A stretch of DNA of 64,000 nt from Bacteroidales bacterium (GTDB lineage: Bacteria; Bacteroidota; Bacteroidia; Bacteroidales; UBA7960), in assembly GCA_041687035.1 (NCBI GenBank), contig JAWLCS010000004.1, positions 34,077-98,076 of the forward strand, given 5' to 3'. The position numbers were made by a program, and so were the translations under genes. Every line of letters begins with the position of its first letter. The stretch's first letter is position 1. The notes below the pieces were generated by a model. The model was not told the origin of the DNA, searched no databases, and worked only from the letters and a program-made list of their open reading frames with translations. Of the stretch, positions 7,931-17,145 are shown piece by piece.

Positions 7931-8618
7931 CGGGAATCTTAAAATTAAACCACGAACTCACGGCACGATGATTAATCTGCACATCAGAGAATTTCACCCT
8001 GTTCACAATGGAGTCGCCTCCAGGCAGATAATTGAATTCAGTGATGGTGAGAGGAAGGGAGATTTCGGGAAAATCGCGGTAATCGGTGTAAAAAACTTTT
8101 TTAACCAGCTTTTTGTTGACATCGTAATAACCGCTGTAAATTGGCATGTAGTTTTCATGCACCAATTCTACGTAATTAAAAAGATGATACATCCCTGAGG
8201 GCGGAAACCACCGGGTAATCACCAGCCCGTCTTCAAAAAGTGTTTCCATTAAATGAAATCCCATTTGCCCCAAGCCCAGATCGCTGGCTTTTCCCTGCAG
8301 AAAGAAATAGATCAGGTTATTCTCGGAGCTGTATTCAAGGCTCTGGGTGCGGTAAACCGTATTGTCCTTTTCGCTGTAAATGGCCAGTTCGCCCTTGTTG
8401 TTGGTAACCATTACCTGCTCCACCGGCTCAGTGTAGCGGGTAATCAGCCGGCCATCGAGCGAGTAATAAAAAAGATCTGCTTTCACATCTGCCCTTTTCC
8501 CTTTGTGAAGACTCTGACTGTGCATTTGCAGCATAATACGGTCCACAGTTAAAAAGTGAAAACCCATGGCAAAAAAGGCAAAAAACAATACCAGTATAAT
8601 AGCTGCTTTTTGTTTCAT
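7908..8618 (-). CDS. Hypothetical membrane-anchored beta-rich protein, first gene of the envelope operon
   Basis: I used the internal ATG 8618 (MKQKAAIILVLFFAFFAMGFHFL, a TM anchor) of track ORF 7908..8690. No motif was recognised. It overlaps the next gene by 23 nt. Confidence 0.55.
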   Translation of the reverse strand: MKQKAAIILVLFFAFFAMGFHFLTVDRIMLQMHSQSLHKGKRADVKADLFYYSLDGRLITRYTEPVEQVMVTNNKGELAIYSEKDNTVYRTQSLEYSSENNLIYFFLQGKASDLGLGQMGFHLMETLFEDGLVITRWFPPSGMYHLFNYVELVHENYMPIYSGYYDVNKKLVKKVFYTDYRDFPEISLPLTITEFNYLPGGDSIVNRVKFSDVQINHRAVSSWFNFKIPDDAKIIE

Positions 8619-8707
8619 AGTAAAATTTTTACCACACAAAGTTGAGAAAAAAAACAAGATAAAGAAGAAAAACCGCAGCAGAACAGCCAAATCAAGGAAT
8701 GAATATT

Positions 8708-10246
8708 CTATTTATTCAAAATTATCCTGAAGGTAGTGCCTTTGTTAATTTCTGACCTTTTTACAAACAGCTTGCCCTTGTGATAATTTTCGATGATGCG
8801 CTTGCTGAGCGAAAGGCCCAGACCCCAGCCCCTTTGCTTGCTGGTGTAACCAGGCGTGAAAACGGTTTGATGCTTTGATGCCACTATGCCTTTACCTGTA
8901 TCGGTAATGTCAATAATTACATTCCTGGGCTGATCTTCTAATTCGATGGTCAGGTTTCCGACCCCGTCCATGGCATCCACTGCATTTTTACAGATATTCT
9001 CGATGACCCATTCATAAAGGTTGGTATTGAGCGGTACCATCACCTCCTTGTCGGAAGAAAGAATTTTAAACTTCACTTTCTTCGAAGTGCGGTTTTTCAT
9101 GTATTCTACCGCTTCACGGGTGGTTTCAATAATATCGACCGGAACCAGTTTGGCCGGCGATCCGATTTTCGAGAAACGCTCGGTAATATTCTCAAGCCTT
9201 TTAACATCTTTCGAAATTTCCTTTATCGTGCCCTGGTCTACCCCTTTCATTTTCAGAATTTCCACCCAGCCGACAAGCGACGAGAGCGGGGTACCAAGCT
9301 GATGGGCGGTTTCCTTCGACATGCCCACCCAAACCTGGTTTTGCTCGGCATTGCGAGAAGTGCTGAAAAGTATATAGGCCACAATAAGAAAAATGCCAAT
9401 AACCAGAAACTGGGCAATGGGATAATACTTGAGCTGAGTGAGCAAAAAGGAGTTGGTGTAGAAAACATGACAAGTTCCGTACATTGGAAGCTGAATGGTA
9501 ATGGGCGGGTTTTTGTCGGCCAGCGATTGTATTACTTGCCTTACAGCCAGCGAATCAGTGGCCTCGGGTTGGTCAATATTGCCTGCTGCTATGATCTTCC
9601 GTCTTGAGTTGTCAACAATAATTACGGGCACATTGGCAGAATTTACCACCACCTCCGAAATAAAGGATTCTATCAGATCGTCGAAAAGGCTTTGCAGCTG
9701 GGTAAAGACATGCGAGTCCTGGTAATAGATATAAAGCGTTTCGTAAGAAAACCCTGAGTAATAAGTAATTGGAATGGGCTCGTATACGGAAAAGTAATCT
9801 TTCAGTTGCTCATCGAAAACTCTTGGATCGCCAAATTCGGAAGCCAGGTTGCGGTGGGTAATCACATTTCCACGATCGTCGGTAGCCAACACTGGTATAG
9901 TGGTATTTGACTGCAGGATCTCAAGAAAGAAATTATCAACGTTTTCGGTGGTGGGCTCCCAAACCTTCTGGTTGGCCATGGCCCATAACTCTACCCGCTT
10001 GCGTTCTTCATCCTTAATGTTTTCGAACAGCTCTTCGGTATATACCACCAGGCTGGCCCTTCGCTGCACCGCATCGGCCCAGAGTAATACCTTCTGGCGC
10101 TCGTCTTCGGCCACCTTTTTAACCAGTATATCAGTAAAATACAGCGAAACCAATACAATCAGTGCGGCAAATAAAAGCAGAAACAGTTTCCAGCGCTGTT
10201 TGCTGGAGTATATTTCTAAACCGGCTATGCTTCGGAAAAGTCTCAA
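8708..10246 (-). CDS. Sensor histidine kinase (two TM segments, periplasmic domain, HisKA plus HATPase_c)
   Basis: H-box HQLGTPLSSLVGWVEILK, N-box WVIENICKNAVDAM and G-boxes DTGKGI and GWGLGLSLSKRI are all present. No response-regulator gene lies in the window. Confidence 0.85.
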   Translation of the reverse strand: MRLFRSIAGLEIYSSKQRWKLFLLLFAALIVLVSLYFTDILVKKVAEDERQKVLLWADAVQRRASLVVYTEELFENIKDEERKRVELWAMANQKVWEPTTENVDNFFLEILQSNTTIPVLATDDRGNVITHRNLASEFGDPRVFDEQLKDYFSVYEPIPITYYSGFSYETLYIYYQDSHVFTQLQSLFDDLIESFISEVVVNSANVPVIIVDNSRRKIIAAGNIDQPEATDSLAVRQVIQSLADKNPPITIQLPMYGTCHVFYTNSFLLTQLKYYPIAQFLVIGIFLIVAYILFSTSRNAEQNQVWVGMSKETAHQLGTPLSSLVGWVEILKMKGVDQGTIKEISKDVKRLENITERFSKIGSPAKLVPVDIIETTREAVEYMKNRTSKKVKFKILSSDKEVMVPLNTNLYEWVIENICKNAVDAMDGVGNLTIELEDQPRNVIIDITDTGKGIVASKHQTVFTPGYTSKQRGWGLGLSLSKRIIENYHKGKLFVKRSEINKGTTFRIILNK

Positions 10247-10295
10247 TGGGCAGAGGATATATGCAAATTAAACGATTATAACCAAAAGTTAGTAT

Positions 10296-11174
10296 TTACT
10301 CCTCTTCATTTTCAAGTATGATGCGCGCCCTTTCTATGTCCTGGAGGTGGGAAGGCCCAGCATCGGGATAGGCCAGATCGAGCTTTTCCATTTGATCGAC
10401 AATAATTCGGCAAACGGCCGTGCGCATAAACCATTTTTTATCGGCAGGTATCACGTACCAGGGAGCAAAGTCGTGGCTGGTGTGTTTCAGCATGTCTTCA
10501 ATGGCAAATTGGTACTGCTCAAAGTGCTGGCGTTCGTTCACATCGGCCATGGTGAATTTCCAGTTTTTTGAAGGCTCATTGATCCTCGAAAGGAAACGTT
10601 TTTTCTGCTCCTTGCGCGAAACGTTAAGGAAAAACTTCATCACCAGGTAGCCGTTGTTCGAAAAATAGCGTTCGAAATTCGAGATATCCCGGAAGCGGGT
10701 CTCCCAAAAAGCCTGGTTGGCTTGATCCACATGATCAAGGCCGGGAATATTCTGCTTTAATAAAAACCCTGGGTGCACCCGCACCACCAGCACTTCTTCG
10801 TAATACGAGCGGTTAAAAATGCCAATATTTCCCCTTTCGGGTAATGCCTTGAAGCAGCGCCACATAAAATCGTGGGCCAGCTCTTCGCTCGATGGGGATT
10901 TGAAACTTTTTACCTGGCAGCCCTGTGGATTCACCCCACTCATTACGTGCTTAATGATGCCATCCTTGCCGGCAGCATCGAGGGCCTGCAGTATGATCAG
11001 CACCCCATGCTTGCCCTGGGCGTACATCATATTCTGCAGTTCGCGTAAACGCAATATGCCTTCCTGAAAAATCTCCTCGGTATCTTTTTTCTTGCGAAAC
11101 GGACCGGTATAATCCGTTTCATAATCAGCAAGGGCTTGCGAAGGGTCGTAACAGAAAGTGTTTACAAAATCCAT
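10296..11174 (-). CDS. ppk2: Polyphosphate kinase 2 family protein (polyphosphate:nucleotide phosphotransferase)
   Basis: GVLIILQALDAAGKDGIIKHVMSGVNPQG (Walker A-like) together with FNRSYYEEVLVVRVHP is typical of single-domain PPK2. Confidence 0.85.
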   Translation of the reverse strand: MDFVNTFCYDPSQALADYETDYTGPFRKKKDTEEIFQEGILRLRELQNMMYAQGKHGVLIILQALDAAGKDGIIKHVMSGVNPQGCQVKSFKSPSSEELAHDFMWRCFKALPERGNIGIFNRSYYEEVLVVRVHPGFLLKQNIPGLDHVDQANQAFWETRFRDISNFERYFSNNGYLVMKFFLNVSRKEQKKRFLSRINEPSKNWKFTMADVNERQHFEQYQFAIEDMLKHTSHDFAPWYVIPADKKWFMRTAVCRIIVDQMEKLDLAYPDAGPSHLQDIERARIILENEEE

Positions 11175-11350
11175 AACAGTGGTGTATATAATGGTCGGTT
11201 GCGGTTTATCAAATATAAAACTTTTACCCTTAAGGAATGCGAAATGTAAATAACTGCCGATAAATAATACGTAAAAATAACTGCTTTGGCTACATTTTGC
11301 AGCTAAATCCTTATTTTTGCATGTTAGCCCAATAACTGAAAATAAATCCC

Positions 11351-12865
11351 ATGTCCTTTATAAACACTGTTATTTCCTGGTACCTGAAAAAGCGAATTTC
11401 GCAGATCGAATACTTTATGGATTACCCCCATGAAGTGCAGGAAGACCTGCTGATGAAACTCATTACTTTTTCTGAAGACACCGAATGGGGCAAAAAGTAT
11501 GATTTTGCAAGCATGCGCAGTTACAAGGATTTTAAGGAGCGAGTTCCCCTGCAGGACTACGAGGATGTGAAGCCATACATTGAGCGGCTTCGTAAGGGCG
11601 AGAATAACCTGATTTGGCCCACTGAAATCAGGTGGTTTGCCAAATCGAGCGGCACCACCAGCGACAAAAGCAAATTTATTCCGGTAAGTGATGAAGCCCT
11701 GGAAGACTGCCACCTGAAAGGAGGCAAAGATGTAATGGCTCTTTATTGCCACAATCGTCCCGAAAACATGGTCTTTAACGGCAAAGGCCTGGTGCTGGGC
11801 GGCAGCCACAAGGTGAGCGAATTTAACAACAGGGCATATTTTGGCGACCTCTCGGCCATTTTGTTGCAGAACTTCCCCTCTTGGGGAGAGTTTTTCCGCA
11901 CCCCTGGACTCTCACTGGCACTACTCGACGATTGGGAAGTGAAGCTCGACAAAATTGCCAATGCTACCATTACCGAAAATGTTACCAGCATTAGCGGGGT
12001 GCCTTCTTGGAACCTGGTGCTGTTGAAAAGAATTCTTGAAATTACCGGCCGAAACAACATTCTGGAGGTGTGGCCAAACCTTGAACTTTTCAATCATGGC
12101 GGCGTGAGCTTTATCCCATACCGCGAGCAATTCCAGAAAATCATCCCTTCAAAGCAAATGTACTACCTGGAAACTTACAATGCTTCCGAAGGCTTTTTTG
12201 CCATACAAGACCGCGCCTGCTCCGATGAAATGCTGCTGATGCTCGACTTTGGAATTTTCTATGAATTCATTCCAATGGAGGAGTTTGGCAAGCCCAACCC
12301 CAGGGTGGTAACCCTGGAAGGCGTAGACACCGAAACCAACTATGCGCTGGTAATTACTACCAACGGCGGCCTGTGGCGATACATGATCGGCGATACCATC
12401 CGGTTTACCAGCCTCTCGCCTTATCGCATCAAAATCAGTGGGCGCACCAAAAACTTTATCAATGCTTTTGGCGAAGAAGTAATTGTTGACAACTCTGACA
12501 AGGCACTGGATGCGGCCTGCCATGCCACAGGGGCTATCATTTCAGAATACACTGCCGCACCGGTTTATCTGAAGGACAATGAATCGGCCGCTCACGAATA
12601 TCTTATTGAGTTTGAAGTTGAGCCCGACAGCCTGGAGAAATTCACCCAGGTGCTTGATAATGAATTGCAAAGTCTCAACTCTGACTACGAGGCCAAACGC
12701 AGCTCCAACCTTATGCTAAAATTGCCCCTGGTGCACAGCGTGCCGCACGAAACCTTTTTCCGCTGGCTGAAGTCGAAGGGGAAAATTGGTGGACAAAACA
12801 AGGTGCCGCGCCTTTATAATGAACGCAAATATGTTGACGAGATCCTTAAATTCATAAACGAGTGA
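11351..12865 (+). CDS. GH3 (auxin-responsive promoter) family acyl-adenylate-forming protein
   Basis: The N-terminus reads ISWYLKKRISQIEYFMDYPHEVQEDLLMKLI...TEWGKKYDF, and WFAKSSGTTSDKSKFIPVS is present. Size and layout match bacteroidete GH3-family proteins. Confidence 0.8.
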   Translation: MSFINTVISWYLKKRISQIEYFMDYPHEVQEDLLMKLITFSEDTEWGKKYDFASMRSYKDFKERVPLQDYEDVKPYIERLRKGENNLIWPTEIRWFAKSSGTTSDKSKFIPVSDEALEDCHLKGGKDVMALYCHNRPENMVFNGKGLVLGGSHKVSEFNNRAYFGDLSAILLQNFPSWGEFFRTPGLSLALLDDWEVKLDKIANATITENVTSISGVPSWNLVLLKRILEITGRNNILEVWPNLELFNHGGVSFIPYREQFQKIIPSKQMYYLETYNASEGFFAIQDRACSDEMLLMLDFGIFYEFIPMEEFGKPNPRVVTLEGVDTETNYALVITTNGGLWRYMIGDTIRFTSLSPYRIKISGRTKNFINAFGEEVIVDNSDKALDAACHATGAIISEYTAAPVYLKDNESAAHEYLIEFEVEPDSLEKFTQVLDNELQSLNSDYEAKRSSNLMLKLPLVHSVPHETFFRWLKSKGKIGGQNKVPRLYNERKYVDEILKFINE

Positions 12866-13686
12866 GGTCCTGGTCCAATATTTTTTTTCTTTTCTCCTTT
12901 TTGCTGATGACAGGCAGCGTAGCTTTTGCGCAGCAAAACCCCGGCTTAAAGCTGATGGAAAGCATTGCTGCCGACAGCGATTTTTTTACTGCCGATCCGC
13001 TGGGCAACCTTTACTGGACTAACCGGGAAGGACTCACCAAATACGAGCCTGCTGGAAAAACTTACCGACATTATTCCAATCCGCGATATGGGCAAATACA
13101 TTTTGTCGATGTCAGCGACCCGCTAAACGTGCTGGTTTATCATCGCGATTTTCAGCATATTGTCTGGCTCGACCGCAACCTGGCAGAAAAAGAAGCTCCT
13201 CATTCTGCTGGCGCCATCTTGCCGGGCTTTACCGGGGCCATTTGCAGTTCCGCACGGGGCGGCTTCTGGGTATTCGTACCCCACGAAATGCGCCTGCAGC
13301 AATATAGCCAGAACTTTCGCCTTGAGACGCAAAGCCTCCCTTTTTTCGAAACCCTGCCTGCATTCAGCGAGCCCGCATTTATAACCGAAGCTGACGGAAG
13401 GCTCTATGTGAGTGAGCCCGAGGCAGGCATTGCCGTTTTCGACGCTTTCGGAAATTTAATTTTTATTATTGAAAAAAAAGAAATCGAAAGGTTTCAGGTA
13501 CAGGGAAACCATGTAATCTGGTTTACTGAAAAAGAATTGATCATTTTTGATTTTGTGCTTCAGGAGGAAACAGTATTTTTGTTACCTGAAAAGAAAATCC
13601 GCTCGGGGCTGGTTCGTGGCTCAAGGGTATGGGTTCAGACAGGAAACGAGATCCTTATTTATCAGGCAGCCGACAGGCTGTTTTAG
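12862..13686 (+). CDS. Hypothetical secreted protein (beta-rich)
   Basis: A GTG start overlaps the GH3 stop (GTGA). The signal peptide is RSWSNIFFLFSFLLMTGSVAFAQQ. No motif was recognised. Confidence 0.55.
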   Translation: MRSWSNIFFLFSFLLMTGSVAFAQQNPGLKLMESIAADSDFFTADPLGNLYWTNREGLTKYEPAGKTYRHYSNPRYGQIHFVDVSDPLNVLVYHRDFQHIVWLDRNLAEKEAPHSAGAILPGFTGAICSSARGGFWVFVPHEMRLQQYSQNFRLETQSLPFFETLPAFSEPAFITEADGRLYVSEPEAGIAVFDAFGNLIFIIEKKEIERFQVQGNHVIWFTEKELIIFDFVLQEETVFLLPEKKIRSGLVRGSRVWVQTGNEILIYQAADRLF

Positions 13687-13712
13687 TTTTTAACATAAGA
13701 AAATCAATCGCC

Positions 13713-14327
13713 ATGCACATTGCCATTGCCGGAAACATTGGTTCAGGAAAAACAACGCTTGCAGGTCTTCTTTCGAAACACTACGGATGGGAAGCCCACT
13801 ACGAAGACGTGGACACAAACCCCTACCTGAATAATTTTTATGAAGACATGCAGCGCTGGTCGTTCAATCTGCAGATTTATTTCCTCAACAGCCGCTTCAG
13901 GCAGATTGTCGATATTCGCAAGGGCACCAAAACGGTGATACAGGATCGCACTATTTACGAGGATGCCAATATTTTTGCCCCTAACCTGCATGCAATGGGT
14001 TTAATGTCGTCACGCGATTTCGACAACTATAAAAGCCTTTTCGAGTTGATGAGCTCCTTCATTCAACCGCCCGACCTGCTCATATACCTTAAGGCCAGCG
14101 TCGGAACCCTCGTAAGCCAGATTCAGAAACGGGGGCGCGATTATGAAAACTCCATCAGGCTAGACTACCTGAAAAGCCTTAACGAACGCTATGAAGAATG
14201 GATAAACGGCTATGACTTTGGTAAACTGTTGGTAGTTAACGTTGACACTATCAAATTCAGTGAAAAGCCTGACGATCTGGGGCATATCATTCAGCGCATC
14301 GACGCCGAGATTCACGGCTTGTTTTAA
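13713..14327 (+). CDS. Deoxynucleoside kinase
   Basis: I used the internal ATG 13713 of the track ORF. The P-loop IAIAGNIGSGKTTLAGLL, YEDVDTNPYLNNFYEDMQRWSFNLQIYFLNSRF and QDRTIYED are all present. Confidence 0.85.
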   Translation: MHIAIAGNIGSGKTTLAGLLSKHYGWEAHYEDVDTNPYLNNFYEDMQRWSFNLQIYFLNSRFRQIVDIRKGTKTVIQDRTIYEDANIFAPNLHAMGLMSSRDFDNYKSLFELMSSFIQPPDLLIYLKASVGTLVSQIQKRGRDYENSIRLDYLKSLNERYEEWINGYDFGKLLVVNVDTIKFSEKPDDLGHIIQRIDAEIHGLF

Positions 14328-14338
14328 TCTTTTGGGGC

Positions 14339-15091
14339 ATGAAGTTTATTGGCATCATACCTGCCCGCTATGCCTCCTCCCGCTTCCCGGGCAAGCCACT
14401 GGCCATGCTTGGCAACAAATCAATGATACAACGGGTGTACGAGCAAGCCTCGCAGTGCAAGCTGCTGAGCCAGGTGGTGGTGGCCACCGACGATGAGCGC
14501 ATACTCCATCATGTGCAAAACTTCGGAAAGGTTGTGATGACCGGCAGCCACCACGAAAGCGGCACCGACCGCTGCCTTGAAGCCTCAAAATTGCTGCCCG
14601 ACAACCTTGAACTCCGTGAATCGGATGTGGTGATCAATATTCAGGGCGATGAACCTTTTATTCAGCCCGAACAGATTGAACTGCTGGGGCTCCTTTTCAG
14701 GGATACCGAGACCAGCATTGGCACCCTGGTAAAGAAAATTGAAGATCCGCACGATCTTTTTAATCCCAACATCGTTAAAGTAGTTTTCGACAGCAGGGGC
14801 CGGGCTCTTTATTTCAGCCGCTGGCCTATTCCATTCATCAGGGGAAAGGAGCAGGGCGAATGGCCCGAAGCCCATACTTACTTTCGCCATTTGGGCATGT
14901 ATGGCTACCGCCACGGCGTTTTAAAACAACTGGCTGGATTGGCCCTGAGCCCGCTCGAGAAGGCCGAGTCGCTCGAACAGCTTCGCTGGCTCGAAAACGG
15001 CTATAAAATCAGGGTGGCTGAAACCACCCACCAGTCGCCAGGTATCGACACCCCCGACGACCTGAAGAAGATCCCCCCGGGCTGGGTGTAA
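14339..15091 (+). CDS. kdsB: 3-deoxy-manno-octulosonate cytidylyltransferase (CMP-KDO synthetase)
   Basis: GIIPARYASSRFPGKPL and NIQGDEPFIQPEQI motifs are present. The protein is 250 aa. Confidence 0.9.
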   Translation: MKFIGIIPARYASSRFPGKPLAMLGNKSMIQRVYEQASQCKLLSQVVVATDDERILHHVQNFGKVVMTGSHHESGTDRCLEASKLLPDNLELRESDVVINIQGDEPFIQPEQIELLGLLFRDTETSIGTLVKKIEDPHDLFNPNIVKVVFDSRGRALYFSRWPIPFIRGKEQGEWPEAHTYFRHLGMYGYRHGVLKQLAGLALSPLEKAESLEQLRWLENGYKIRVAETTHQSPGIDTPDDLKKIPPGWV

Positions 15092-15284
15092 AACACCGGG
15101 TAACTTTACCTGCAATTTTGCGTAGAATCTACATATTGTAAATAGTTTTTCTTAATTTAGACGTTTAAAAAAAAGTGCTGTCTGTTTTCTGAAATAACTG
15201 GTTTACAGATGGCCATGCAGGCAAACCCGACCATTTTTCAAAACCCGAAAAAACCGGCAACAGCAGGAAAAAAATTTTACACCT

Positions 15285-16430
15285 ATGAAAATCGGAACCT
15301 ACATCAGCGAATTACTTTTCGACCATGAACATGTGATCCTTCCAGGATTTGGCGAGTTTTCAACCAAATACATTCCGGCGCGTTTTATCCCGGAAGAGAA
15401 AAAAATTGAGTCGCCCTCGAAGGTAATCTCTTTTGATGCCACAAAGCAAGAAGGCGACACCCCCCTGATAGGCCATATGGCTTCCAGGGAGCATAAGGAT
15501 TCGGACAAGGTGAAAAAATTCATTGATGACTTTGTTTCCGAAATCAGGGAGACCCTCGCCTCCGGCCAAAAAGTAGAACTGGAGCGCGTGGGCGTTTTCA
15601 GCCTGGACGCCGAAGGAAATGTCGCTTTCGAGGCTGACAAATCCATAAATTACCTTGCCGACTCAGCCGGCATGGGCACAATAAGCGAGCCCGCCAGGGT
15701 TAGCCCACCAACCGTTGTACCGCCTCCGCCCCCACCTCCAGCCATTCCGGAAGAGCCTGCCTTTGTCGCCCCCCCCGCCACCGAGCCTGTGAATGAAGAG
15801 CCGCAGCCCGAAATAAAGGAAGAAGGGGTTGAAACCCCGGCCCCCGAGCCGATTCCCGAACCCATTGAAGAAACACCTGAAAAAGTGGCCCCGGTAGCTG
15901 CTGCCCAGGAACCCGTGAAGCAAGATTTGCCCCGCGCCATCAAATGGCTGGCTTGGGTAATAATTCCATTACTGGTAATATTTATCATTCTTGCTTTCAA
16001 CTGGAATTTTATTTTTGGCAAAAAGAGCCAGACCCCGGCTGCGCGACCACAAACTGAAACCGTGGCCCCCGCTCCCACCTCCCCGCAACCTGCCGAAACA
16101 CCTGCTGAAACACCTGAAAGCACAGAAGATGCCGAAGCAGCCCCTGCAGCCTCTGCTCCTCAAACCACCGCTGCAGCCCCTGCTCAGCCGGAAGCCGGCC
16201 GAAAAGTTTACCATATTGTAGTGGGCGCTTTCCAGGATCAGGGTCAGGCCAGCCGTTTTGTGGAAGAACTCAAAGGCAAGGGCGCAAGCCAGGCAAGCGT
16301 ATTTATGACTACCTCCAGCGGTTTTCACCGCGTAAGTTATGCCTTTTATTATGACCTGGCCGAAGCCGAAGCAGCCCTGCCGCGCATACAGCAGGAGGTT
16401 AGCTCCTCAGCCTGGATCCTTCACCGCTAA
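15285..16430 (+). CDS. SPOR domain protein with HU-like N-terminal domain, Pro-rich linker and one TM segment
   Basis: The N-terminus YISELLFDHEHVILPGFGEFSTKYIPARF is an HU-fold-like repeat. It is followed by a PPPPPPPA/PEP-rich linker and a TM helix WLAWVIIPLLVIFIILAF. The C-terminus YHIVVGAFQDQGQASRFVEELKGKGA...FHRVSYAFYYDLAEAEAAL is a SPOR domain. Confidence 0.8.
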   Translation: MKIGTYISELLFDHEHVILPGFGEFSTKYIPARFIPEEKKIESPSKVISFDATKQEGDTPLIGHMASREHKDSDKVKKFIDDFVSEIRETLASGQKVELERVGVFSLDAEGNVAFEADKSINYLADSAGMGTISEPARVSPPTVVPPPPPPPAIPEEPAFVAPPATEPVNEEPQPEIKEEGVETPAPEPIPEPIEETPEKVAPVAAAQEPVKQDLPRAIKWLAWVIIPLLVIFIILAFNWNFIFGKKSQTPAARPQTETVAPAPTSPQPAETPAETPESTEDAEAAPAASAPQTTAAAPAQPEAGRKVYHIVVGAFQDQGQASRFVEELKGKGASQASVFMTTSSGFHRVSYAFYYDLAEAEAALPRIQQEVSSSAWILHR

Positions 16431-16458
16431 TTGCTGACCATTTCATTTTGTTTTTATC

Positions 16459-17145
16459 GTGGGAAAAAAGAAACTGAAACGCTTTGCCGAGATCGAAACC
16501 TTTGCGAACGTGATTCAGCCCAACGACCGTTACCCGGTCGAAGATCATTCGTTTAAGGGCAATTGGAACTTATCGTATTTTAAAAACCAGCACCCCATTG
16601 TGCTCGAAATAGGCTGCGGCAAAGGAGAATACACCGTTGCCCTGGCCCGCAAGTTTCCATACATCAATTTTATTGGCATCGACATAAAGGGAGAACGCCT
16701 CTGGAAAGGTGCCAGACAATCCCTGGAAGAAGGCATTCCCAACGCAACCTTTCTTCGCATTCAGGCCGAAAGGCTTAACTACTTTTTTGATCATAACGAG
16801 ATATCAGGCATTTGGATCACTTTTCCGGATCCACAACCCAGGCTGTCGCGAGAAAAGAAACGGCTCACCTCTCCAAAATTCCTTGAACGATACAGCCGCA
16901 TATTGGCTCCGGGAAGCCCCATTCATTTAAAGACAGACAATACCGAGTTGTTTGAATATACCCTTGCGGTCATTGGCGAACAGGGCCATAAACTGATTTA
17001 CCATACCCGTGACCTTTACGAAAAAGGCAACGTGGACGAGCCCCTGATCAAGGAAACACAAACACACTACGAAAGCATTTACCGGGCAGAAGGTATTCCC
17101 ATTAAATACCTCCGATTTTCGCTCAACGGCAAACAAAATGGCTAA
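16459..17145 (+). CDS. trmB: tRNA (guanine46-N7)-methyltransferase
   Basis: GTG start. Motifs VLEIGCGKGEYTVALA and IWITFPDPQPR are present. Confidence 0.9.
   Translation: MGKKKLKRFAEIETFANVIQPNDRYPVEDHSFKGNWNLSYFKNQHPIVLEIGCGKGEYTVALARKFPYINFIGIDIKGERLWKGARQSLEEGIPNATFLRIQAERLNYFFDHNEISGIWITFPDPQPRLSREKKRLTSPKFLERYSRILAPGSPIHLKTDNTELFEYTLAVIGEQGHKLIYHTRDLYEKGNVDEPLIKETQTHYESIYRAEGIPIKYLRFSLNGKQNG

Noticed and set aside
11324-11809. 161-aa minus-strand ORF
   Set aside because: It is codon-aligned antisense to the GH3-family gene (both starts are congruent mod 3). No motifs were recognised.
15650-16123. 157-aa minus-strand Gly/Ala/Ser-rich ORF (and 15969..16328)
   Set aside because: It mirrors the proline-rich (CCN) linker of the SPOR protein, so it is a low-complexity artefact.
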